DNA of 15,291 nucleotides from an uncultured bacterium (GCA_964534375.1 CAZHPN010000151.1:1-15291); one strand, 5' to 3'; shown: positions 6,543-13,925, counted from the stretch's first letter. Translations and numbers: made by a program. Notes: generated by a model from the letters alone, not told the origin.

Positions 6543-7460
6543 ATGCAACACGACGAACTGGCGCCCTGGCGGCACGAGCACGGCTTCGGCGCCGACGTGC
6601 ACGGACACGGCGAGCAACGCACCAAGTGGGTCGTGGCGATCACGCTCGCCATGATGGTCGCCGAAATCGCCGGCGGCCTGCTCTTCGGGTCGATGGCCCT
6701 GCTCGCCGAAGGCTGGCACATGGGCACGCACGCGGCGGCGATCGGCATCGCGCTGTTCGCCTACGCGTACGCGCGCAAGCACGCCGGCGATCCGCGCTAC
6801 AGTTTCGGCACGGGCAAAGTGGGGGCGCTGGGAGGTTTCGCGAGCGCGATCGGCCTGCTGGCGGTCGTGCTGTTCGTGCTGTACGAAAGCCTCGTCCGCC
6901 TGGGGTCGCCGGTCCGCATCCGGTTCGATGAGGCCATCGCGGTCGCCGCGGTCGGACTCGCGGTCAACGTGACCTGCGCCCTGCTTCTGCGGGAGCCCGG
7001 GCACGAACACGGCCACGATCACGACGACGGAGCGCACCGCGACCACAATTTGCGCGCCGCCTATCTGCACGTGCTGGCCGACGCGCTGACGGCGGTGTTG
7101 GCGCTCGCGGCGCTTGTCGCCGGCAAGATCCTCGGTTGGGCGTGGATGGACCCGGCGATGGGCGTCGTCGGGTCGCTGGTGATTGCGCGCTGGTCGTACG
7201 GCCTCTTGCGCGACACCGCCGCCGTGCTGCTCGACGCGGAGGTGGACGAAGGCCGGATCGCCGCGATCCGCCAGGCGATCGAGAACGACGGCGAAGGCCG
7301 GGTCGCCGATCTTCACGTTTGGCGGGTCGGGCCGCGCCACCTGGCCGCGATCGTGTCGGTCGTGGCAAGTGAGCCGCGCGAACCGGCGCATTACCGCGGC
7401 CGATTGGCCGAGATGCCCGACCTGGCGCACGTCACCATTGAGGTCAGTCGCCGCGGGTAG
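6543..7460 (+). CDS. dmeF: CDF-family Co(II)/Ni(II) efflux transporter DmeF
   Basis: ATG at 6543 with GGAG RBS. N-terminal WRHEHGF, GSMALLAEGWHMGTH, FGTGK, His-rich loop (GHEHGHDHDDGAHRDHN), LRAAYLHVLADALT, DP, DLHVWRVGP and HVTIEV. Confidence 0.95.
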   Translation: MQHDELAPWRHEHGFGADVHGHGEQRTKWVVAITLAMMVAEIAGGLLFGSMALLAEGWHMGTHAAAIGIALFAYAYARKHAGDPRYSFGTGKVGALGGFASAIGLLAVVLFVLYESLVRLGSPVRIRFDEAIAVAAVGLAVNVTCALLLREPGHEHGHDHDDGAHRDHNLRAAYLHVLADALTAVLALAALVAGKILGWAWMDPAMGVVGSLVIARWSYGLLRDTAAVLLDAEVDEGRIAAIRQAIENDGEGRVADLHVWRVGPRHLAAIVSVVASEPREPAHYRGRLAEMPDLAHVTIEVSRRG

Positions 7461-7547
7461 GTGTGCGTGCGCTTGAGCCTTCGAAATCGTTGACGATTCC
7501 GGCAAAAAGACCCGCATTTTTCGAACAGAGCGAGTTCGATGGCCACC

Positions 7548-7575
7548 GTCGCGAGTCGCGAGTCGCGGGCTTGGA
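7548..7575 (+). repeat. Degenerate heptamer array GTCGCGA-GTCGCGA-GTCGCGG-GCTTGGA
   Basis: Read directly in the intergenic region downstream of dmeF. Confidence 0.65.
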
Positions 7576-7671
7576 ACTCGGCTGTGGTTGGTCTACACTC
7601 CGCCCGCAACAATTCGCTGGCGCCATATCACGTAATGCTTTGATTAAACGTTGCCTTATTCAGGGGATGCG

Positions 7672-8253
7672 GTGGATTTTTTCGGTTGGCTGGCCAAGGA
7701 TCGTCGCCGGGCGTACGCCGCGGTCGCGTGCCTGGCGTTGGTCGGCGTGCCGCTGCACATCATCATTAAAAGTCAGGGCGACCGCGAGCCGCCGGCCGAA
7801 GTCGTGCAGGCGCCAGTGATCCAGGGGCCGACGTTGGCCGGCGGCGAATACGATTCGCTCAACGATCGCGGCCGCCTGGTGGTCGTGGTGTTTCTCGATA
7901 TCGCGTCGCCCGCGAGCGCCGACCAGGCCGATGCGTTCGCCGGCTGGCGCAAGTCGTACGCCGACCGCCGCGCGACCTTCGTCGCGGTCTTGGCGGACGC
8001 GCCGGCCGAGCAGCTCGCCGCCTTCGCCGACGCCCACGGACTGCCGCGCGAGGCGGCCGTCGTCGATCGCGGCGGCACGCGCCACGCGCCGTTCCACGTG
8101 GGCCGCGGGCCGGCCCTCGTCGTGATCGACCCGACGGGCCGCGCGCGCTTCGCCCGCACCGGCTTCGTGAAGCCCGACAACCCGGCGTTTCACACGGTCA
8201 TGAACTACTACCTGAACCAGGCGTTGCGCCTGCCGCTGCCGGGAACGCCATGA
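7672..8253 (+). CDS. Membrane-anchored thioredoxin-fold (TlpA/ResA/redoxin-like) protein lacking CxxC
   Basis: GTG at 7672 after an AGGGG RBS; N-terminal TM helix. The APVIQGPTLAG...RGRLVVVVF..., FVAV, and VGRGPALVVIDPTGR patterns fit a TlpA fold. SPAS stands in the CxxC position. Confidence 0.8.
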   Translation: MDFFGWLAKDRRRAYAAVACLALVGVPLHIIIKSQGDREPPAEVVQAPVIQGPTLAGGEYDSLNDRGRLVVVVFLDIASPASADQADAFAGWRKSYADRRATFVAVLADAPAEQLAAFADAHGLPREAAVVDRGGTRHAPFHVGRGPALVVIDPTGRARFARTGFVKPDNPAFHTVMNYYLNQALRLPLPGTP

Positions 8254-9173
8254 GCGAGCCATTGATCGAATTGCGCCACGCACGCAAGACCTTCCGCACG
8301 CGACAAGGGCGCATCAACGCCCTGGTCGACGTCAACCTGGCGGTGCAGGAGGGCGACGTCTTCGGCCTGCTCGGGGCCAACGGCGCGGGCAAGACGACCG
8401 CGATGCGCGGCATCCTCGGCCTGACGCGGCTGGACGCCGGCGCCGTGCGCCTCGCCGGCCGCGAACGCGTCGATCGGCGGTCGTTTTTCCGCCAAGCCGC
8501 ATACCTGCCGGAAGAACCTCAGTTTTATCAGGGCGCGACCGGCCGCGAACATCTGCTGTATTTCGGCCGGCTGTGCGAGTTGACCGGCGCCCGCCTGCGC
8601 GGCCGGGTCGACGAATCGCTCGCCGTCGTGGGCTTAAGCGACGCGGCCGACCGGCCGATCGCCGGCTACAGCAAGGGCATGAAGCAGCGGCTCGGCGTGG
8701 CGGCGGCGATCCTGCACGAACCGCGCATTGTCTTTCTCGACGAGCCGACGCGCGGCCTCGACCCGCTCGCCCGCCGCGAGGTGCGCGACCTGCTGCAGTC
8801 GCTGGCGGCCCGCGGCGCCACGCTGTTTCTCAACAGCCACCTGCTGAGCGAAGTGGAGCGGCTCTGCAACCGCGTGGCGATTCTCGACCGGGGCGAGGTG
8901 CGCGTGCAGGGTTTGCTGTCCGAGTTGCTCGTCGAATCAGAGCACATCGACGTGCAGTTCGCCTTGCCGCCCGGCGTCGACCCGGCCGCGTTCGGCCCGG
9001 CGACGGCCGCCGAAAAAGGCACGTGGAAAGCCATCGTCGCCGACACCGCGGCGCTCGCCGATTTGGCCGGACGCCTCGCGCGGGCCGGCGGCCGCGTGAT
9101 TGCGGCGCGGGCGGCGCGCGTCGATTTGGAAGATTACCTCGTGCGCGTCGTGAAGGAGAATGAGTTGGCATGA
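8250..9173 (+). CDS. ABC transporter ATP-binding protein (ABC-2/export type)
   Basis: Walker A GANGAGKT, signature YSKGMKQR, Walker B IVFLDEP, H-loop NSH and C-terminal LEDYL. ATGA overlap with the upstream gene. Confidence 0.95.
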   Translation: MSEPLIELRHARKTFRTRQGRINALVDVNLAVQEGDVFGLLGANGAGKTTAMRGILGLTRLDAGAVRLAGRERVDRRSFFRQAAYLPEEPQFYQGATGREHLLYFGRLCELTGARLRGRVDESLAVVGLSDAADRPIAGYSKGMKQRLGVAAAILHEPRIVFLDEPTRGLDPLARREVRDLLQSLAARGATLFLNSHLLSEVERLCNRVAILDRGEVRVQGLLSELLVESEHIDVQFALPPGVDPAAFGPATAAEKGTWKAIVADTAALADLAGRLARAGGRVIAARAARVDLEDYLVRVVKENELA

Positions 9174-9178
9174 CGTCG

Positions 9179-9248
9179 CGGGACTCGGGGCTCGGGATTC
9201 GGGATTCGGGGCCGCCGCATGGCAATCCGAAATCCGAAATCCGCAATT
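9179..9248 (+). repeat. Two facing heptamer arrays: (CGGG[A/G][C/T][T/C])x5 and (AATCCG[A/C])x3
   Basis: CGGGACT CGGGGCT CGGGATT CGGGATT CGGGGCC (9179-9213) and AATCCGA AATCCGA AATCCGC (9224-9244), between the ABC ATPase and permease genes. Confidence 0.85.
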
Positions 9249-9268
9249 GAATTGGTGGAGATAACAGT

Positions 9269-10036
9269 TTGAAGGTTCTTGCTGTTGCCCGCTTCACGTT
9301 GCTGCGCTTGCGGCGTTCGCGCTACCTGCTGTCCGCGGCGATTCTCCTCGCCGCGACGATGGGCGTATATCTCGTCACGACGCTGAAGGCGCAAATCGGC
9401 GGGCCGGGCGAGGTGCAGTGGGGCGAAGGCCTGGCGCGGTTGGTCATGTGGCTGACCGCGATCTGGCTCGGCCTGCACTTGATCCAGGACGACCGCGCCG
9501 ACGGCGCCTTGCGTTCGACGCTGACGCGGCCGATCAGCCTGCCCGAGGCGATCTTCGGCAAAGCGCTCGGCGGCTTCGCGGCGCTCTGTCTGTTCGCGCT
9601 GGCCGCCGCCGGGCTGCTCACCTTGACGGCGTTGCTGCGCGGCGCGGAGTTCCAGTGGGCGATGCTGCTGTACCTGCCGTCGATGCTGCCGGCGGACGGG
9701 CTGGTCCTGACGCTGACCATGGCGCTGGCGCAGGCGTTGCCGGGGTTTGCGGCGGGCGTCGCCGCGCTGCTCGCCCGCGACGAGTTTTTCAGCAGCCGCG
9801 CGCTCGCCGGCTACGAACGCTGGCTGCCGGACAGCGTGCTGGCCGTGCTGACGCCGATCGCCAAAACGCTCTATTGGCTGTGCCCGCCGACTTCGGCTTT
9901 TTTCCTCAGCTACCGCGATTTCGTCCGCGCCGACGCCGGGTGGACGCTTTATCTGCTGATGATCCCCTACTCGCTGTTCTACGCCGTCGCTGCCTGCCTC
10001 GCGGCGTCGTGGTTGCTCAGCCGCCAGGAGTTGTGA
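9269..10036 (+). CDS. ABC-2-type transporter permease
   Basis: TTG start with GGAG RBS. About 6 hydrophobic helices, the pattern IQDDRADGALRSTLTRPIS...IFGKALG typical of ABC-2 permeases, and a C-terminal RQEL. Adjacent to the ATPase gene. Confidence 0.88.
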   Translation: MKVLAVARFTLLRLRRSRYLLSAAILLAATMGVYLVTTLKAQIGGPGEVQWGEGLARLVMWLTAIWLGLHLIQDDRADGALRSTLTRPISLPEAIFGKALGGFAALCLFALAAAGLLTLTALLRGAEFQWAMLLYLPSMLPADGLVLTLTMALAQALPGFAAGVAALLARDEFFSSRALAGYERWLPDSVLAVLTPIAKTLYWLCPPTSAFFLSYRDFVRADAGWTLYLLMIPYSLFYAVAACLAASWLLSRQEL

Positions 10037-10047
10037 ACAAGAATCGG

Positions 10048-10266
10048 CTGGGCAGCCTGGGAATTATGGGAATCATGGGAGGCCTGGGATGCTGGAAGCC
10101 GCATGAGCCAATAGAGACTCTCGACAAATTACGCCCCCGCCGACCACCGATAGCGGCGAACTTAAAGTTCTTGCGAACGCAAACCGGAATGCAGAATTCC
10201 GAGAAAATCGATAGACTCCATAACTCCCAGAATTCCCAGATCTCCCAAAATTCCCGGGACTCTCAC
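10048..10266. repeat. Inverted pair of nonamer tandem arrays flanking a ~120-nt spacer
   Basis: Left (10048-10092): CTGGGCAGC CTGGGAATT ATGGGAATC ATGGGAGGC CTGGGATGC. Right (10213-10266): AGACTCCAT AACTCCCAG AATTCCCAG ATCTCCCAA AATTCCCGG GACTCTCAC. AATTCCCAG is the exact reverse complement of CTGGGAATT. Confidence 0.85.
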
Positions 10267-10290
10267 GACCGCCGACCGGCGCCGATTCGT

Positions 10291-10320
10291 TTGACAAGCG
10301 CGCGGGCAGAGACCTATCGT
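10291..10320 (+). promoter_or_regulatory. Candidate sigma70 promoter for the Tat-exported gene
   Basis: TTGACA (10291-10296), 18 nt, TATCGT (10315-10320). GAGG RBS just before the ATG at 10353. Confidence 0.45.
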
Positions 10321-10352
10321 GCGGCGAGCGGCCTCTGGGGACGAGGCGAGGA

Positions 10353-11309
10353 ATGACGAGCGAAAAGAAGGACGAAGCGGCATCCGGCGACGTGCGGCAG
10401 GCGAGTCGGCGGGCATTTTTGCACGATGGCGCCGCCGCCCTGGCGGGCGCGTTTTTGTTCGGCGGACGGGCCTGGGCGGCGGTGTTCGAAGTCGGCCATG
10501 CCGCGGCGGCGCCGCCGGCGGCGGGGATCGGCCGTCGCGCCGAGGTTCCGTCGGCGATTGCGCAGCGGTTTCTCAACGAACGGTACGAGTTCGACGTGAC
10601 GTTTTTGGGCGCCAAGACGGCGACGGGCATCATGACCTTCGCCAAAACCGACCGCAACGAGTACACGGCGTCGCTGGAAGCGTCGACGTCGGACCTCGTG
10701 GGCGCCCTCACGTCGCTGCGCAAGGTGGCGATGACGTCGATCATGAACGTGTATAGAAACGGCGAACGCGAGCGGTTCGTTTCACGAATGTTTGTTCGCA
10801 AGACCATCAAGAGCGACAGCGCGCGGGAGACCCGCAACGAATTCGACTACCAACGCCGCCGCTGGTCGTTTTCGTATTATACGAACGGCGTCAAGACCAG
10901 CGGCCCGCGCGTCCGTCGCATTCCGCCCGACGTTTACTACGACGATTTCGTCGCCTTGCTGTATAACTTCCGGGCCCAGGTTTACGCCCCGGTGGCGCAC
11001 GGCCTGCAATTGACGCTGAATACGCTGCCGTGGGACCGGACGGTGAAGATCGACGGCAAGAAGGTCAACAAGAGCGCCTCGACGATCGGCGTCGAAGTGC
11101 CGGGAAATGAACGCCTCGGCGACGACGACCGCAAATGGCTGGCGAAGCTCGGCGCCGAGTACCTGATCGTCGTCAACTTGGACAAAGACGTTTACGGCAT
11201 TCCCAGCGGCCAGGCCAAATTCGCCGGCGACATCGCGCTCGTGCCGGAAGGCGCCTGGGTGGAAAACGCTATGCTGTTCGGAGACGTGCGGGTCTGCCGC
11301 CGCAAGTGA
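10353..11309 (+). CDS. Tat-exported DUF3108-like protein
   Basis: Twin-arginine motif SRRAFL, hydrophobic stretch and AWA cleavage-like site. The beta-rich body (NERYEFDVTFLG..ATG, YDDFVALLYNFR, LFGDVR) resembles DUF3108 by my pattern recognition only. Confidence 0.75.
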   Translation: MTSEKKDEAASGDVRQASRRAFLHDGAAALAGAFLFGGRAWAAVFEVGHAAAAPPAAGIGRRAEVPSAIAQRFLNERYEFDVTFLGAKTATGIMTFAKTDRNEYTASLEASTSDLVGALTSLRKVAMTSIMNVYRNGERERFVSRMFVRKTIKSDSARETRNEFDYQRRRWSFSYYTNGVKTSGPRVRRIPPDVYYDDFVALLYNFRAQVYAPVAHGLQLTLNTLPWDRTVKIDGKKVNKSASTIGVEVPGNERLGDDDRKWLAKLGAEYLIVVNLDKDVYGIPSGQAKFAGDIALVPEGAWVENAMLFGDVRVCRRK

Positions 11310-11358
11310 CCCTCCTGGCGCGCCGCTGCGCTCTCCGCGGTGAAAATACTCTTTCTTC

Positions 11359-11390
11359 GCGAAGCAAGAAGCTCTCGTAAATTGCTTCGC
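11359..11390. terminator. Inverted repeat between convergent genes (REP-like or bidirectional terminator candidate)
   Basis: GCGAAGCAA (11359-11367) and TTGCTTCGC (11382-11390) form a 9-bp perfect stem with a 14-nt loop. A palindrome CTTCGCGAAG overlaps it at 11355-11364. Confidence 0.45.
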
Positions 11391-11421
11391 TAAATATCCG
11401 TCGTTGCGGTGACGATTCCGC

Positions 11422-12984
11422 TTAGCGGTGAATGAGCCGCAGTGGATTGACGCCGAAACCGTAACGCAGGATCACAAACAACACCAGGACGACGCCGATT
11501 GCCGTCGCGGCGCCGATCAGCAGTTTCAGACGCCTGGATTTCCGCACCTCGTCGGCCTCTATCAGGAACCGCGGGATCGTCGCCAACACCGGCTGCCCGG
11601 CGAACGCCGCGAGGTCTTCGTCGTCGCGGAAGCTGTGATCCAGGTGTTCGGCGATGAAAATGGCGATGATGCCGATCATCAGCCCGATGGTCGCCGCCAG
11701 GCCGATGAGGCGCGGGCGGTTGGGCCGGAACGGCCTTTCCGGGAACCGCGCGGCGTCAATGATTTTGAACTGGCGGCCCTTTTGCTGGCCTTCCAGCGCT
11801 TCGGCCTGTTTCGCCTCCATGTATTTCTTCTGCAAATCCTGATAGCCGTCGCGCATCTTTTGCAGGTCGCGGGCCAGCCCCGACATTTCCTGCTCGACTT
11901 CCGGCGCCATCGCCACTTTCGCGGAAATCGAGCCGATTTGCCCCAGCGCGGCTCCGCGTTGCTTTTGCAGCGAGTTGATTTCCATCGTCGTCTGTTGCAG
12001 CCGCTCGAACACCGGCCGCGTGATGGCGTTGACGCGGTATTGATGGCCGCCGACTGATTGATCGGTGCCGATTTCCGCCTTAAGGCGCGAAATCTTCGCC
12101 TGCAGGTCCTTGACGTCCGGGTGCTCGGGCGTGAGCGTTTGTTGGAGTTGCGTAAGCTGAGCTTCCAGCTGCTCCAACTGGTCCTTTTCGGTGACCATTT
12201 GGCCGCCGCCCGCCGTCACCATCGAGCCCTGCAACTGCGCCATGCTGGTTTCCAGGGCGACCTTGCGGTCCTGGGCCTTGGCGAGCTGCTCGCCGAGATT
12301 GTCGGCCTCCGCCTGCAAGCGATCGAGCGACCGCTGGTTCGCTTCCATCTGCTCAGGCAGCACACCGATGTGTTTGCGCTTGAAGTCGGCGACCCGTTGC
12401 TCCTGTTCGTCGAGTTTGCCCTTTAACTCGGCCATCTGCTGCGACAGGAACTCGGCGGTCGCTTTGGCGGATTTTTGCCGGTCGCCCACCGTTTCGCCAA
12501 TGAAACTTTGAGCGAGGCGGTTGGCGACGTTCTGCACGGTCAGCGGATCGCTGCCCATGAAGGAAATCTCGAACAACTCTTTGCCGTGCAACTCGACGTT
12601 GATATTGGCGCGCATCCGGGCTACCCGCGCTTCCGTCGCGCCGTTGGCCATCTCGGGGTACAATTCGTAGGACTGGATGACGTTCATCAGCAAAGTTTGC
12701 GAAAGAATCTGCTCGCGGACCGTCTTGACCCGGTCTTCGATCGAGTCGGTGACGGTTGTCGGCACCAGCGTTCCGGGCACCTCGCCGCTGCTGACCAGGA
12801 CGGTGGTGCTGGCGCGGTAAATGTTTTTTATGAAGCGGCTGCCGATGGCGGTGGCGACGGTCACCGTGACCAGCGGAATGAGCAGCAGCCAGATCCGATA
12901 ACGGACGATGGCGACATAGTCTTCCATGGCAAACTGCTTCACTGGCTTGGCGGTCGGGGCGGCTTGGCTGATGGTCTCGTTCAA
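11422..12984 (-). CDS. Polysaccharide chain-length determinant / co-polymerase (Wzz/GumC/Wzc-N-terminal type, PEP-CTERM-locus-like)
   Basis: N-terminal TM plus YRASTTVLV, FEISF..DP...VANRLA, a long coiled coil with LTPEHPDV, FKIIDAARFPERP.RPNR then a TM, and DHSF...PVLATIP then an extra C-terminal TM. No kinase domain. Confidence 0.9.
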   Translation of the reverse strand: MNETISQAAPTAKPVKQFAMEDYVAIVRYRIWLLLIPLVTVTVATAIGSRFIKNIYRASTTVLVSSGEVPGTLVPTTVTDSIEDRVKTVREQILSQTLLMNVIQSYELYPEMANGATEARVARMRANINVELHGKELFEISFMGSDPLTVQNVANRLAQSFIGETVGDRQKSAKATAEFLSQQMAELKGKLDEQEQRVADFKRKHIGVLPEQMEANQRSLDRLQAEADNLGEQLAKAQDRKVALETSMAQLQGSMVTAGGGQMVTEKDQLEQLEAQLTQLQQTLTPEHPDVKDLQAKISRLKAEIGTDQSVGGHQYRVNAITRPVFERLQQTTMEINSLQKQRGAALGQIGSISAKVAMAPEVEQEMSGLARDLQKMRDGYQDLQKKYMEAKQAEALEGQQKGRQFKIIDAARFPERPFRPNRPRLIGLAATIGLMIGIIAIFIAEHLDHSFRDDEDLAAFAGQPVLATIPRFLIEADEVRKSRRLKLLIGAATAIGVVLVLFVILRYGFGVNPLRLIHR

Positions 12985-12993
12985 CTTTGTCTC

Positions 12994-13542
12994 TCAGCGG
13001 TTGGGGTTGCGAGGAGCGGCGGGACCCGAGCGCCGATCGGGGCCGAGCAGCTCAAGCCCCTCGACCGGTGCCGCATGGCCGGCCGCGTCAACGCCGTGCG
13101 TCTCGACGATGCCGACGGCGTTCGGATCGACGGGCTGCTCCGCGTTCACCGGCGAAAAGGTCACTCGGGCAATGCGCCGCAACGTATGGTTTTCCGCCGT
13201 CTGCGGCGGACGGCCGCCGGCGGCGCTCAGCATGACCGACATTTCGCCGTCGCCTGGCTGTAGGAAGGTGCGCCAGCCGCCGGTCGGTTCCGCGGGCGAC
13301 ACGCGCGGGACGGCCAACGAGCGCTTGTCCCAGGCGAGCTTGACCACGATCTGCGTCAGTTCCTGGTCGCGGTCGGTGGCGAGCCAAAAGTCCAGATCGT
13401 TCGAATTCGGCGTGGTTTTCGCCGGCCACGCGGCGTTGCTGGAACGGATCGGCGGTTCGAAATGCCAAATCATCGCCAAGCACGCAACGCCCGCAACGAC
13501 TACAAGCACGTGGGGCAGGAATTTTCTTACTGCCTCATTCAC
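12994..13542 (-). CDS. Hypothetical protein (182 aa) with N-terminal membrane anchor
   Basis: AAGGAG RBS 9 nt before the GTG at 13542 (MNEAVRKF...). TM segment HVLVVVAGVACLAMIW. Its stop is 9 nt before the chain-length determinant start. Confidence 0.65.
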   Translation of the reverse strand: MNEAVRKFLPHVLVVVAGVACLAMIWHFEPPIRSSNAAWPAKTTPNSNDLDFWLATDRDQELTQIVVKLAWDKRSLAVPRVSPAEPTGGWRTFLQPGDGEMSVMLSAAGGRPPQTAENHTLRRIARVTFSPVNAEQPVDPNAVGIVETHGVDAAGHAAPVEGLELLGPDRRSGPAAPRNPNR

Positions 13543-13775
13543 AACTGCTCGCTCCTTAAACAAAGCCCCCGACATTTTTTGAAGGATACTCATTGACGCG
13601 GTGCATCGCAAGAATTAAAGAGTCATCATAGTTGGTTTTTTCGAGCCGGTCCAAGCGGTAGGCGCTTGCGAAATGTCGGGGCGACGCCATCGTCGGCGCT
13701 CGGTGGCGGGCCCAAGCTCGGTTTCGGACAAAGTATTTTCGTGATCGACCGAAAATCGCGGGCGGCAAGATAGGT

Positions 13776-13868
13776 TTGCGAAAAAACAAAGAAATTTGCT
13801 TTTTCGCAACGAAAAATCGCTTAAACTCGAAAAAAACTGTTGCGGAGGGTGCGAAAATGGCAGATACT
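13776..13868 (+). promoter_or_regulatory. Candidate glutamine synthetase promoter with A-tracts and an upstream inverted repeat
   Basis: TTGCGG (13840-13845), 17 nt, GATACT (13863-13868), preceded by A-tracts. Inverted repeat TTGCGAAAAA-A-CAAA-GAAA-TTTG-C-TTTTTCGCAA at 13776-13809. Confidence 0.4.
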
Positions 13869-13925
13869 AAGATTCTTCGCAGACCCACAGGTAACGGGTC
13901 GCAATTTCAAAAAGGAGAATTTTCG

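Noticed and set aside
5207..7460. Metal-resistance operon as a mobile element or genomic island
   Set aside because: No transposase, integrase, tRNA, terminal inverted repeats or target duplication was seen, and composition looks similar to the flanks.
10048..10266. Possible CRISPR array
   Set aside because: Units are contiguous degenerate 9-mers with no 23-47-nt repeats separated by unique spacers, and no cas genes are present.
13760..13875. Sigma54 promoter or glnA (glutamine) riboswitch upstream of glutamine synthetase
   Set aside because: GGCAAG...TTGC has 12 rather than 10 nt between GG and GC, and TGGCAG at 13858 has no matching -12 GC. I could not recognise the riboswitch consensus by eye; an Rfam scan is needed to exclude it.
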